Assembly: GCA_963749495.1 (NCBI GenBank)
Contig: CAVVMW010000006.1
Location: 416,001 to 480,000 of the forward strand
Origin: an uncultured bacterium
GTDB lineage: Bacteria; Verrucomicrobiota; Verrucomicrobiia; Limisphaerales; UBA8199
Length of the DNA: 64,000 bases
Direction of reading: 5' to 3'
Position 1 is the stretch's first letter, and every line of letters begins with the position of its first letter. The notes beneath the pieces were generated by a model that ran no database searches, was not told the DNA's origin, and worked only from the letters and a program-made list of their open reading frames with translations. Positions 37,392-47,519 of this stretch are shown here, in pieces. A program made the position numbers and the translations under genes.

Positions 37392-38369
37392 ATGAACAGT
37401 GCCTATCTCCTTCTCGGTTTCGCCGCGTTGGCGGGCGGTTGCGGCGCGCGGCCGGAGAAGGCCGGCGAGCAACCTCGGCCCTTGGCGACCGCCAGTGGGA
37501 TCGAAATGGTCGCGGCCCCAGCCGGTTCATTCGAGATGGGCTCCGCCGACCAGGACGAACCCGACCAAAAGCTCCACAAGATCTATGTGAGCGCATTCCT
37601 CATCGACAAATACCCGGTAACCCAGGAGGCCTATGAAAAGCTGATGGGCAAGAACCCTTCGCTTTGGAAGGGACCGCGCAACCCGGTGGATCAGATGCGT
37701 TGGCCCGACGCGGCCGCGTTCTGCAACGCCCGCTCCCGGGCCGAAGGGTTGCGGCCCGCCTATGACACCAACACCGGGGCGTGTGATTTTGATGCCGACG
37801 GTTATCGCCTTCCCACCGAGGCGGAGTACGAATACGCGCTCCGCGCGGGCTCGGCGGGCGCCGGCTATTGGTTTGGAAATTCACCCGAGGATTTGAAGCG
37901 CCATGCGTGGTTCAAGGGGAACAGCCCGCGCGGCTCGCATCCTGTGGGCGAAAAACCGCCCAACGACTGGGGCCTGTGTGACATGGTTGGCAACGTCTGG
38001 GAGTGGTGCAATGATTGGTACCAGGAGGACTACTATCGGCACAGCCCCGAGCGGGACCCGCGCGGCCCGGCTACGGGCCAGAACCGCGTCGTCCGGGGGG
38101 GCTGCTGGAATTCGAAGCCCGACTGCTGCCGCGCCGCCTACCGCTATTATGAAATGCCCGCCTACACCGACATCTGCTTTGCCAAGGACCTCCACGGCCA
38201 GATCGGCTTCCGGTGCGTGAGGAAACCACCCGCCAAGCGCCGACGACCAACGGCTCGTCTTCGATCCGGCGACGATGCGCGTGGCACAGTCAAGAAATCG
38301 CCTCATCCTCGCTCCACAACTGCAGTTGACTCGAGCATTGTTTGTTGGGGTTCATGTGGCCGGCAGTGA
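37392..38369 (+). CDS. Formylglycine-generating-enzyme (SUMF1/FGE-sulfatase) family lipoprotein; C-terminal extent uncertain
   Basis: Lipobox LAGGC, FEMGS, YRLPTEAEYEYA, GLCDMVGNVWEWC, RVVRGGCW, GFRCVR. Confidence 0.88.
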   Translation: MNSAYLLLGFAALAGGCGARPEKAGEQPRPLATASGIEMVAAPAGSFEMGSADQDEPDQKLHKIYVSAFLIDKYPVTQEAYEKLMGKNPSLWKGPRNPVDQMRWPDAAAFCNARSRAEGLRPAYDTNTGACDFDADGYRLPTEAEYEYALRAGSAGAGYWFGNSPEDLKRHAWFKGNSPRGSHPVGEKPPNDWGLCDMVGNVWEWCNDWYQEDYYRHSPERDPRGPATGQNRVVRGGCWNSKPDCCRAAYRYYEMPAYTDICFAKDLHGQIGFRCVRKPPAKRRRPTARLRSGDDARGTVKKSPHPRSTTAVDSSIVCWGSCGRQ

Positions 38370-38428
38370 CGAAAGTGACGCGTCCCGGCACTGGCCTTGG
38401 CGTCGTGGGGGCGGGGCCACGGCGCCCG

Positions 38429-38913
38429 TCAGTCCCGCAGCCGCCGCGTGTAGATGAAGAGGTCGTCGCCGGGCCTGTCGGTACCTCGGGGATGACAGCG
38501 GTGCGGACAAATTGCCGGGACTCGTAGAGGCTGCGGGCGGCGGCGTAGGCAGGAGTCGAGGAGGTGTAGATGACGATGAGCCGGCCGCCCTCGGCGCAGG
38601 CAACGCGGACGGCCTCGGCCAGCAGGGCCCCGCCCAGGCCGCGTCCGCGCGCCTCCGGCAGGGTGCAGACCCAAAAGAGGTCCCAAGTGCCGTGAGTCAG
38701 CGCTTCCCAGCCGAAACAGGCGAACCCGGCCATCGAGCCGTCGAGCCAGCCCGACAGGAATCGGTAGTTGTCCGGCGTCGGTTTGGACAGGGCCTGGCCG
38801 AACATCTCGTCCACGCACTGGGCGTCGCTTGGCCCGAACAAGCCGGAGTGAAGCAGGATGTTGCAGATGCCCGGGCGGTCGGCGGGGGTGGAGGGGAGGA
38901 CCAGGGGGGTCAT
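38429..38913 (-). CDS. GNAT N-acetyltransferase; apparent frameshift at 38481
   Basis: WDLFW, ARGRGLGGALL, YTSS...Y..AR..YE; the C-terminus RPGDDLFIYTRRLRD is in another frame. Confidence 0.82.
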
Positions 38914-39920
38914 GGCGGGGAATTTGAAATTGGAAATTTGCGGGCGGCGGCCATGAGGACCAGGCGCTCGAGCAGGGCGCCGTAATCCCAGCCTGCGGCG
39001 CGGGCCGTGTCGGCGAAGCCGCCGGTCTCGCTGAGATCGCAATTGGCATTGACATCGAGCACCAGCGGTTTTCCGTCCTGCAGCCGCACATCGATGCGAC
39101 TGTAATCGCGCAGGCCGCAGGCCAGGTGCGCGCGCCGGGCCAGCCCGGCCAATTCCGAGGCGCTCTGCGGGCAGAGCGGCGCCGGACAGGTGGGCAGTGT
39201 CTTGAGATAGGCCTCTGAATGGGGCAGCCACTTGGCCTCGAAGGTGCAGAGCCGGTCACGCGCCTCCGCAAAGGCCTCGTAGCGAATCACGCTGATGCCC
39301 AGCACCTCGAGGGCCTCTAGCGGTCCCCAGAGCGAGATGGCGTATTCTTCGCTGTCGAGGAATTCCTCGATCAGCGCGCCACCGCGCCCCGCGTATTGGC
39401 CCAGCACGGCCTGGGCTTGGGTTCGGGCCTGGGCGAGAGTCCAGACCACGGAGTCGCGAGTGATGCCGAAGGAACAGTGCTCGCCGGCGGGCTTGACGAT
39501 GGCGGGAAAGAGGGAGAAGTCGAGCGACTGGGCGCAGGAGACCTGCCGCCAGCGCGGGGTGGGCAGGGCGGCATCCTGGAGAAGCCGTTTCATCGAGGGC
39601 TTGAACTGGGTCTGGTGCAGGGCCTTGGCCGGGCTGCCGGTGAAGGCAAAGCCGCGCCGTTCCAGTTCGCGGGCGACGGCCGCGTAATAAGAGGCCTGGT
39701 GCGGCGAGCCTTCGCACAGGTTGAAGACCAGCCACTGGTCCGGGTCGAAAGGGGCCAGGGCGGCGGCCAGGTCGGTTTGGACCTGGGCAGTGGCGATGGG
39801 CCAACCGCGCGCGGCCAGGGCGCCCCGGACTCGACGGATCATCCGGCGCGTGTCGGCGGCATCAACCGGGAGTGTTTGCTCATCGATGCCGTAAAGCAGC
39901 AGCAGAGGCGGGCGTCTCAT
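38910..39920 (-). CDS. D-Ala-D-Ala ligase-like ATP-grasp protein
   Basis: VFNLCEG, FTGS, IVKPAGEHCSFGI, LIEEFL, RDYSRIDVRL, LDVNAN. Confidence 0.85.
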   Translation of the reverse strand: MRRPPLLLLYGIDEQTLPVDAADTRRMIRRVRGALAARGWPIATAQVQTDLAAALAPFDPDQWLVFNLCEGSPHQASYYAAVARELERRGFAFTGSPAKALHQTQFKPSMKRLLQDAALPTPRWRQVSCAQSLDFSLFPAIVKPAGEHCSFGITRDSVVWTLAQARTQAQAVLGQYAGRGGALIEEFLDSEEYAISLWGPLEALEVLGISVIRYEAFAEARDRLCTFEAKWLPHSEAYLKTLPTCPAPLCPQSASELAGLARRAHLACGLRDYSRIDVRLQDGKPLVLDVNANCDLSETGGFADTARAAGWDYGALLERLVLMAAARKFPISNSPP

Positions 39921-39932
39921 CCTGGGTCGGGC

Positions 39933-40958
39933 TCACTGCAAGCGGCAGCGCTTGAGGGCGGCGGTCAGGACGGAGGCGACCAGTTGGGCATGAGTGAGGC
40001 CGCTGGCCTTGGCCATCATGGTCATGTCGCTGCGCGGGGTGATGCCTGGCAGGGCGTTGATTTCCAGGATGTAGAGCTGGCCCTGGGGCGTGAGCCGGAA
40101 ATCAACCCGGCCATAATCCCGGCAGCCGGTGACGACAAAGGTTTCGATGGTCAGACGCTTGACCTTGCGGGCGACCGCCTGGGGCAGCGGGGCCGGACAA
40201 CGATAGCGGAAGAGGTGGTCGAGATCGTTCTTGTGCTTCGAGGAATAGACCGGCAGGAGGTCCGGCGGGTAGCCGGCGAAGTCCACTTCCAGGACGGGCA
40301 GGACCTGAAGGTCGCCGTTGTTGCCGACGACGCCACAGGTCAATTCCCGGCCGGGGATGAACCTCTCGACCAGGGCGGGCTGGCGGTAGCGGCGCAAAAT
40401 CCTGTCCACCTGGGCGCGCAACTGGGCGTGGTTGTTGACGATGCTCTCGTTTTGGACTCCCATGCCGGTGCCCTCGTGGGAGGGCTTGACGAACAAGGGA
40501 AAGGGCAGCAGGCAGCCCAGCGCCGCGTCCGGGCACTCCAGGACCTCGAACTCCGGCGTGGGCAGGCCGGCGGCGGTGAGCAACCGTTTGGTGGTGGGCT
40601 TGTCCTGGGTGACGGCCGCGGCCAGCGGGGCCGGGCCGCTGTAGGGCAACCCCAGGGCCTCCAGCAGCGCGGGCATCTGGGCCTCCCGGCTCTCGCCTCC
40701 AAACCCCTCGCACACGTTGAAACAAAACTGCGGCCGGACCCGGCGCAGCCACTCGATCACCGCCAAATCCGGAAAGCCCTCGTGTACCATCGGCTCGCAC
40801 CCGGCGGTTCGAATCCCCGCCTCGTAGGCCTCGATGTACTGGGCCGCATCCACCTCGGCCGTGCAATCGCGCGGGGCATTGGCCGGCAGGGCGTAATTCC
40901 CGTTGGTAGTATTGACCAGCAGCGCCACACGCGGGCGCCTATTCGATTTCGCAGACAT
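39933..40958 (-). CDS. D-Ala-D-Ala ligase-like ATP-grasp protein
   Basis: FNVCEG...REAQMPALLE, FVKPSHEGTGMG, LVERFIPGRE, RDYGRVDFR, LEINALPG. Confidence 0.88.
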   Translation of the reverse strand: MSAKSNRRPRVALLVNTTNGNYALPANAPRDCTAEVDAAQYIEAYEAGIRTAGCEPMVHEGFPDLAVIEWLRRVRPQFCFNVCEGFGGESREAQMPALLEALGLPYSGPAPLAAAVTQDKPTTKRLLTAAGLPTPEFEVLECPDAALGCLLPFPLFVKPSHEGTGMGVQNESIVNNHAQLRAQVDRILRRYRQPALVERFIPGRELTCGVVGNNGDLQVLPVLEVDFAGYPPDLLPVYSSKHKNDLDHLFRYRCPAPLPQAVARKVKRLTIETFVVTGCRDYGRVDFRLTPQGQLYILEINALPGITPRSDMTMMAKASGLTHAQLVASVLTAALKRCRLQ

Positions 40959-41017
40959 TTTCTCGGCCCCGGAGATTCGCAGACCCAGACCGGCCAGGCA
41001 ACAGAAAAAAAGAGGTC

Positions 41018-41719
41018 TCAGTGATGGTTGAGCGCGTGCACCGCCATCTCCTTCATGATGATGGCTCCGTGGATGAGGGCCAGGACCAGCAGGGCCACCC
41101 CGGAGATGTGCTCCATACGCAGGAGGGTTCGTTGACTGAACTTCCCCTGGCCCAGGGAGACGACCCAGCTCAGGACCAGAAACCAGAGACCTGTCCCCAG
41201 GGCCACGCCCGCCACGCAGGCCAGCTTGCCCGGCCAATCCGGGGAAACCCATTCGCGGGAGATGAAGTTGGCCGCCAGGATGATCCACCAGACCAGCACG
41301 CCCAGGTTGCCCATCACCCGCACCAACCCGGACATGAAGGCCGAGTGCGGATGGAACCGCTGGCCCAGGCGCGCCTCGATTCGGTTGGCCGTCTTGCCCA
41401 GCGGCACCGGGTCTGTCTGGACCGAGCGGGCCATCAGGAATTTCACTCCCAGGAAGAGCATGAAGACGAAGCTGAACAACTCCATCGCCGCCTTGACGTA
41501 GCCGCGCGTGAAAAACGAGGCGAACCCCGTGAACGCGATGAAACAGTAGATGACCTCCATCGTCGTGGCCCCCAGCCCAATCAGCACCGCCCACTTGAAA
41601 CCCCGCCGCGCTCCCTCGTTCAGAATCGTCAGATTGACCGGGCCAACCGGGATGGACAAGAGCAGCCCGCTGATAAGCCCCGTGAATGCCGCCAACACGA
41701 TGGGGTACAGGTTATCCAT
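41018..41719 (-). CDS. LysE family translocator
   Basis: SIPVGPVN...GARRGF..A..IGLG; ~6 TM segments. Confidence 0.82.
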   Translation of the reverse strand: MDNLYPIVLAAFTGLISGLLLSIPVGPVNLTILNEGARRGFKWAVLIGLGATTMEVIYCFIAFTGFASFFTRGYVKAAMELFSFVFMLFLGVKFLMARSVQTDPVPLGKTANRIEARLGQRFHPHSAFMSGLVRVMGNLGVLVWWIILAANFISREWVSPDWPGKLACVAGVALGTGLWFLVLSWVVSLGQGKFSQRTLLRMEHISGVALLVLALIHGAIIMKEMAVHALNHH

Positions 41720-42115
41720 GCCTTGCGACGCCGAACCGGTCCGCACTCATAAGCTCAGCCATTCAGGTCCCTCAAGTCTCTTTCAGGTTTCCTCAACTCT
41801 TGCCTTCCGATCTCATCAAAACAGGCGCGCCGCATCCCCCGCCTTGGCGCGCCGAGTTTTGAGTCTGCTCACCCCGGTGTCAAGACCGAATGGCGCGCAG
41901 GCGCGGCGCCGCCGCCCGCAGACCACGCAGAAGAAGGCCCCGACAGATTCAGGTTTCCGCGTGCTCTGCGTGTTCTGCGGGCCACGCTCCGCGGGGGGCG
42001 CGATTAAAAGCGTCGGGCATGCGCCTCGGGGCTTTTTGTCCCGGAGGGACATCTGACTTGTGAAGAGTCAGGTCTTTTTTGTGAAACTGGCCATCTGGAT
42101 TTTGCATTTTCTTCA

Positions 42116-43670
42116 GGGCGCATGACGGAATTCTTCGGAAATTGAGTTTTGGGCGTTTTTTTGTTGCCTAGTATAGATGTACATATATATTCATTGCCAT
42201 GAACCATTCCATCACTCCTCAAGCCCTCCTGGACCAAATCCTCAATATTCGCCGCATGGAGCACGGCTCGCTCTCCGTCATCGGCCATGGCCCCAATGGC
42301 CCTTACTATAACCTCAACTCCTGGGAGGATGGCACCAACCAATGCCGCTACATCCCGCAGGACAAACTCCCCGAGGTCCAGCAAGCCGAAGTGCTGCTGC
42401 GCACGGCCGTCTTCAAATCAACCAACCAACTGATGGGGTATCTGTTCCAAATGCTGGCCGATCGGATCGATGCCGCCTACCAGCCCAAACCGGGCTATGT
42501 GCGCAAAGGCCGCGTGGAGGTCACCCTCGATTGCATCTTCGGGTCTTTCACGCTGGAGCGCGATTACTACTATCACGAGGGCAAGCAGTTGGGACATTAT
42601 CCAACCGATGCGGCGCTGGGCTTGGAAGGCGGCAAGACGCCGGCACTGGCCCGGTTGGTGTGCTTGGAAGGAGCCGATGAAGCCAGCTACCAAAAGGCCG
42701 AGGAGCATTTGAAAGAGACCGGCGGCATTCACATCTCGGGCCGCCAGATCCAGCGCCTGGTACAGCAAGTCGGAGCCGCCGCCCAGACTTGGCAGGAGCG
42801 AGAGGCGTTAAAGCCTTTGCCGGGCACCAAGCCCGTGCCGATTCTCTATATCAGCGGGGACGCGACGGGCGTGCCCATGCGCAAAGAAGAACTGGAAGGG
42901 CGAGCGGGCAAGCAGCCCGACGGGAGCGCCAAAACCCGCTCGGCCTACCTGGGGTGCATCTTCACCCAGCATAAAACCGATGAAAAGGGTCACCCGGTGC
43001 GGGATTACGAATTGACCACCTACGTGTCCAACATGGGGCCGTTGGAGGATTTTGGTCCGCTCCTGCGCCAAGAAGCCATCCGGCGAGGCCTGGGCCAAGC
43101 TAAAAAAGTCGTCTTCCTCGTTGATGGGGCCAGCGGCCTGGAGAATACGGGCCGCCTCAATTTTAAGGACGCGATCCAAATCGTTGACTTCTACCACGGC
43201 GCCGACCATGCCGGCGATGTCGTGGAGGCTATCCTGGGGAGCAAAGAACACCCGGAATACAAAGCTCAGCGCAGCCGCTGGGTCCGGCGCCTGCTCGGCA
43301 ACGGTGTGAAAAACCTCATTAAGGAAACCCGCCAGGAATGCGCCGGCAAGCCGCAGGCTGAGGCGGTCGAGGACGAACTGGGCTACTTCGTTCACAATGT
43401 GAAACGAATGCAATACAGGACCTTCCGTCGGCAGGGCCTTTTTATCGGCTCTGGGGTCATCGAGGCCGGCTGCAAGACCCTAATCGGCTCCCGCTGCAAG
43501 CAATCGGGCATGTTCTGGGGCGAACCCGGTGCGGAAAACATCCTGGCTCTACGCTGCATCCATTCCAGCCGCCGGCTGGATCAGTTCTGGAAAGAGCGGC
43601 TCAACGCTCAGGCTGCCCGCAACGATTGCCTGATGCTGGCCGAACAGCCGAAGAATTCTGTCGTGCGCCC
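42116..43670. mobile_element. ISKra4-family insertion sequence
   Basis: 23-bp TIRs, 21/23 identical: GGGCGCATGACGGAATTCTTCGG / CCGAAGAATTCTGTCGTGCGCCC. Confidence 0.88.
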
Positions 43671-43689
43671 CATCCTATTTGGGGATTGA
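42199..43689 (+). CDS. ISKra4-family transposase with a fused N-terminal accessory-ORF segment; reads through the right TIR
   Basis: DATGVPM, DGASGL, QIVDFYHGADH, RMQY..FR.QG.FIGSGVIEAGCK...RCKQSGMFW. Confidence 0.88.
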   Translation: MNHSITPQALLDQILNIRRMEHGSLSVIGHGPNGPYYNLNSWEDGTNQCRYIPQDKLPEVQQAEVLLRTAVFKSTNQLMGYLFQMLADRIDAAYQPKPGYVRKGRVEVTLDCIFGSFTLERDYYYHEGKQLGHYPTDAALGLEGGKTPALARLVCLEGADEASYQKAEEHLKETGGIHISGRQIQRLVQQVGAAAQTWQEREALKPLPGTKPVPILYISGDATGVPMRKEELEGRAGKQPDGSAKTRSAYLGCIFTQHKTDEKGHPVRDYELTTYVSNMGPLEDFGPLLRQEAIRRGLGQAKKVVFLVDGASGLENTGRLNFKDAIQIVDFYHGADHAGDVVEAILGSKEHPEYKAQRSRWVRRLLGNGVKNLIKETRQECAGKPQAEAVEDELGYFVHNVKRMQYRTFRRQGLFIGSGVIEAGCKTLIGSRCKQSGMFWGEPGAENILALRCIHSSRRLDQFWKERLNAQAARNDCLMLAEQPKNSVVRPILFGD

Positions 43690-43724
43690 CGCCCCATTTG
43701 ATTTCATCCAGAGTTGGCCGATAA

Positions 43725-43967
43725 TTGCAAAGAATCGCAAAGTTTTACGACTCAACTCACGCCAAAATCAGAGGGGGCGAGCGCGGAATTTCGCGCCAGG
43801 CCATGCGAGATGTGGTAAATTATCACACGAAGAGAACTCAGCAATACCGAGGAAACCACGGCGGAATGGTCTATCGGTTCTCGAAGTGCGTTGGTGACGA
43901 GACACTCGTGGTGATCGCTGAAGTGAAGAAAGACGAAGCCTGGATCGTAAGTTGCTTTCAACATTAG
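43725..43967 (+). CDS. DUF4258-like putative toxin
   Basis: STHAKIR..ERGIS N-terminal motif; 80 aa; lower GC; precedes a DUF2283-like gene. Confidence 0.6.
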   Translation: MQRIAKFYDSTHAKIRGGERGISRQAMRDVVNYHTKRTQQYRGNHGGMVYRFSKCVGDETLVVIAEVKKDEAWIVSCFQH

Positions 43968-43972
43968 GCAAC

Positions 43973-44287
43973 ATGCAACATACTCGAAAAGTTCAGTTTC
44001 GGGCGCCTGCGAGGGCGGTCAGGATCGAATTTGATCCACAGGTCAGGGCATGGTATATCCGATTCAAGAATGCCAAGGTCGCAAGGACAATATCCGAGGA
44101 GGCGCCCGGGTACGTGTACGCCATTGATTTGGACGCGGCAGGCGTGGTAATTGGGTTTGAGATCCTCGGCGTTCGCGAGTTCAGTATTGATATGCTGCTG
44201 AAAAACTCGGCAATCGACTTTTCGCAGACCGACTTTAGGCGGGCCAAGTTCGTCCCTGTTCCCCACGAGAATTTAGTTGACTCTTGA
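43973..44287 (+). CDS. DUF2283-like putative antitoxin
   Basis: FDPQVRAWYIRF...IDLDAAGVVIGFEILG. Confidence 0.75.
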   Translation: MQHTRKVQFRAPARAVRIEFDPQVRAWYIRFKNAKVARTISEEAPGYVYAIDLDAAGVVIGFEILGVREFSIDMLLKNSAIDFSQTDFRRAKFVPVPHENLVDS

Positions 44288-44441
44288 GCCAAAAGGCGAT
44301 CTGGTTGGTGGCCAATAAGGCTTGTTCGTTGCCCCCGCGCCTCTGCCGCAATCGCCACTCTGGCGAGGTCGCCTGGTGTAATCTCGGGCTGCCTTGTGCG
44401 ACTGACGATCTGGAGTCTGCTGATGAAGAAAGGAACCTGAT

Positions 44442-45935
44442 GTGAAAAGCCACGAACTGTCGGATATTCATGGATGGGCAGAGCGGAGCGGTAATGACGA
44501 GAACGCGCGCTGTCGAGGGGCGCTGCCCGCGAAACTTGCGCTGGTCCTGCTCGTGGCCGGGTGCGGGGCCTGGGGATGGGCCGCGCAAAATGATATGAGC
44601 ACAAGCGGGGGCTTTGAATTGGCCTCGGGGGTGCCGGCGTGTGACCGGGCCTGCCAGAAGGCCCGCCGGGTCATCGCCGACGATGTCCAAGGCGGCAAGT
44701 TCCTGGCCGGGCAGAACTGGGCCCAGGTTTGGACGCGCGACACCTCGTATTCGGTCGAGCTGGCCTGCGCCCTGCTCCATCCGGATGTCTCCCGGACGAC
44801 TCTGCTGGGGCTGACCCAGTCGGTCGAGGGCATCGGCCAATGCTGGTTCCAGGACAAGTGCGGCCATTTCGCCGGCTGGCCCAACCTCACCGACGCGATC
44901 GTCGGCGCCTCCGGGGCGTGGTCCTTGTATCTGGTCACCGGCGAGCGCGAGCTGTTGCGCCCGATCTACGAGCGGACGCTCCGCAGCCTGGCACGGGCGG
45001 AACGGGACGCGTTCAGCCCGCAGGCCGGCCTGTTCAGCGGCTGCGCCAGTTTCATGGAATCCAACAGCGGCTACCCCAAAAAATACGCCATGAAAGGCGA
45101 GATGCTGGCCCGGACCTTCGCCCTGAGCACTTGCCTGCTCTACTACCGCGGCTACATCGTGGCCGCCCAGGCGGGCCAGGCCCTGGGTGAGGATGTCCAA
45201 CCCCTGCGCAAAAAGGCCGCCAAGCTCAAACAGGCCATCAACGCCCGCCTCTGGCTCCCGGACAAAGGCTACTATGCCTATTTCCTGGACGAAGAAGGCA
45301 ACACCAATCCCCGGATGGAAGGACTAGGCGAGGCCCTGGCCATACTCACCGGCGTGGCCGATGCCAAGCGGGCACGCCAAATCCTGCGCTCGACGCCCAC
45401 GACCGCCTGGGGTTTCCCTTGCCTGTGGCCGCAGTTCGAGGAATGGCGCGACTACAAGCGCGACTTTGCCCATTATTATCACAACGGCATGATCTGGCCT
45501 TTCGTCCAGGGCTACTGGGCCTTGGCGGCCTCACGGGCGCGCGATGTGCAGACCTTTGGCCGCGAGTTGGATGCCCTGATCAAGCTCTCCGAGAAGAACG
45601 ATACGTTCATGGAACTCTACCGCCCGGAGGACGGCGCCCCGGACGGTTCTCCCCGGCAATTGTGGAGCGCATCGGGTTTTCTTTCGATGATCTATCACGG
45701 CCTTTTCGGGATGGATTTCAAGGAAAACGGCATTCGTTTTGCGCCGGTCGTCCCCGAGCGCTTCCAGGAGCTGACGCTCAGCAATGTGAACTACCGGGCC
45801 GCCCGGTTGCGGATTGTCGTCAAAGGCCACGGGACCGCCATCGGCCGCTTCACGCTGGACGGCAAGACGCAGCGAGAGCCTTTCCTGGACGGCGCTTCCG
45901 CCGGCCCGCACGAGATCGAGATCACCCTGAAATGA
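44442..45935 (+). CDS. (alpha/alpha)6 glycoside hydrolase (GH63 / amylo-alpha-1,6-glucosidase-like)
   Basis: VWTRD, INARLW, YHNGMIWPF, ELY...QLWSASG. Confidence 0.8.
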   Translation: MKSHELSDIHGWAERSGNDENARCRGALPAKLALVLLVAGCGAWGWAAQNDMSTSGGFELASGVPACDRACQKARRVIADDVQGGKFLAGQNWAQVWTRDTSYSVELACALLHPDVSRTTLLGLTQSVEGIGQCWFQDKCGHFAGWPNLTDAIVGASGAWSLYLVTGERELLRPIYERTLRSLARAERDAFSPQAGLFSGCASFMESNSGYPKKYAMKGEMLARTFALSTCLLYYRGYIVAAQAGQALGEDVQPLRKKAAKLKQAINARLWLPDKGYYAYFLDEEGNTNPRMEGLGEALAILTGVADAKRARQILRSTPTTAWGFPCLWPQFEEWRDYKRDFAHYYHNGMIWPFVQGYWALAASRARDVQTFGRELDALIKLSEKNDTFMELYRPEDGAPDGSPRQLWSASGFLSMIYHGLFGMDFKENGIRFAPVVPERFQELTLSNVNYRAARLRIVVKGHGTAIGRFTLDGKTQREPFLDGASAGPHEIEITLK

Positions 45936-46740
45936 CAAGGCCCTCCCCACGGCTCAGCCATGCCGAACTGCTCCAGCTCAAACGCTGGAACACACCGACG
46001 ATCTACAACGGCTGGGAGCGCATCACCGCGCGCAACCCCGCCGCCGAGGGCTTCAACCCCGAGGAGACGCGGGACTTCATGCCCCATCTGGGCCCGATGG
46101 TCGGCTACGCCCTCACCGTGGTCATCGAGCCGGGCAACCCGAGGCACCGGCAGGACCTGCCCGCCGCCTGGACCGATTACCGCCGCTACGTGGCCGGCGA
46201 GCCCGGCCGAAGATCGTGGTCGTCCAGGACCTCGACAAGCCGCGTGTCCTCGGGGCCTTCTGGGGCGAGGTCAATGCGAACGTCCATCGCGCCCTGGGCT
46301 GCGTCGGCACGATCACCGATGGCGCCGTGCGCGACCTGGAGGAGATGAACAACGCCGGGTTCAAGGCCCTGGCCCGCCGCCTCTGCGTGGGCCACGCCTT
46401 CTGCCACCCGGTCCGCTGGAATTGCCAGGTCGAGGTCTTCGGACGAACCGTGCGGCCCGGCGACCTCATTCACGCCGACCAGCACGGGTTCCTGGTCATC
46501 CCTGCGGAGGACCAACCCAAGCTCCTGGAAGCCGCCGATTTCATGGACGCCAACGAGTGCCGGACCCTCATCCCCGCCGCACGCGCGACGGCCGGCGCCG
46601 GCGTCCAGGCCGCCCTGGCCGCCATCGAGCAGGCCGCCGCCCAATTCGACAAGGCCGCCCGGTCGAGGTTCAGGAGACAGGGCCGGCAGCGCGGGCGCCC
46701 CGTCCCCGCGTTATCCACAGCCAAGTCGGCGCGGAAGTAA
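45932..46740 (+). CDS. RraA/HMG-aldolase family protein; apparent frameshift at ~46208
   Basis: WNTPTIYNGWE...MVGYALT in one frame, then FWGEVN...ITDGAVRD...GDLIHADQHG in another; ATGA overlap with the upstream gene. Confidence 0.82.
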
Positions 46741-46786
46741 TAGCCGATAGCCAATAGCCGATAGGCAATGGCCGATAGCCGACAGG
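46741..46786. repeat. Heptamer array (TAGCC[GA]A) ~6 copies between convergent stops
   Basis: Read directly. Confidence 0.8.
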
Positions 46787-46790
46787 CGTG

Positions 46791-47240
46791 TCAAAAGTGC
46801 CGCAGGATTTCCGTCCGTTCCAGCTTGGTCAAATCGGCGGGAACGTTCTTTTGGATCTTGGCGCGGACTTGGGGCTCGAGTTCCTCGACGAGTTGGTGAT
46901 TGATCTCCCGGCTGGCGGCCAGCAGGCAACACTCGATCTCCTTCGGCCGGGCCAACTCGTTGAGCCGCCGGGCGAGTTGCCGCACCAGGCGCCGGCGCGC
47001 CTCCAGTTCGATATTGTGCCGCTCGCCGTCGGACATGGCGCCGGCGCCGTTGGCCGTGGCCGTGCGGCGCGGGAAACGCCCGGCCAGGTTGCTCACGCGG
47101 TCGACCAGCTTCCCATGCGCCTGCGGATTGTCGAACTGCTCGAGCAGCTCCAGGCGCGGCGCGCGATTGAGGTGATTGTCATCGAGCCGGAAGGCCTTGA
47201 AACGCCCGAGGTCAGCAACTACGACCAATGTATTTTTCAT
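46791..47240 (-). CDS. Host attachment family (baeRF12-like) protein
   Basis: LVVVAD...LAGRF...LARRL...LLAA...VPADLTK. Confidence 0.78.
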   Translation of the reverse strand: MKNTLVVVADLGRFKAFRLDDNHLNRAPRLELLEQFDNPQAHGKLVDRVSNLAGRFPRRTATANGAGAMSDGERHNIELEARRRLVRQLARRLNELARPKEIECCLLAASREINHQLVEELEPQVRAKIQKNVPADLTKLERTEILRHF

Positions 47241-47345
47241 AGTCACATCTGGCGGCGGAACGGGACGGCGCCCGCACTGCGGCGCCGCCTACGATTCAGG
47301 ATAACACAAGTCCGCCCCGTGTGGAACAGGACAACTGAAAATCCC

Positions 47346-47374
47346 TTTACATTTCAGGGGCGCGGGGCCATATT
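47346..47374 (+). promoter_or_regulatory. Possible sigma70 promoter TTTACA-N17-CATATT
   Basis: Consensus-like boxes upstream of the LamG gene. Confidence 0.35.
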
Positions 47375-47519
47375 GGCTGCACAATCCCGTAAAGCCAGCG
47401 CGTAAAAGATTGCGGCCCTCGACTGTGAAGCCGTTCTTCAGAGCCGCTGCCGTGAACCTGGTCCTGTGAAGGCGGGGGCTGGACCTCGTCCCGGGGCCGA
47501 ACCGAACGGAAAAGCACAC

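Noticed and set aside
37392..38369. FGE-fold protein as a DGR target
   Set aside because: No reverse transcriptase or template repeat seen in the window.
38910..40958. Housekeeping ddl or van resistance genes
   Set aside because: They lack the GGxSxE N-terminus and HG..GEDG motif and have no dcw or vanHX context, so no gene symbol was assigned.
47250..47519. Riboswitch or ncRNA in the LamG leader (also 25905-26107)
   Set aside because: No recognisable conserved RNA motif by eye; an Rfam scan would be needed.
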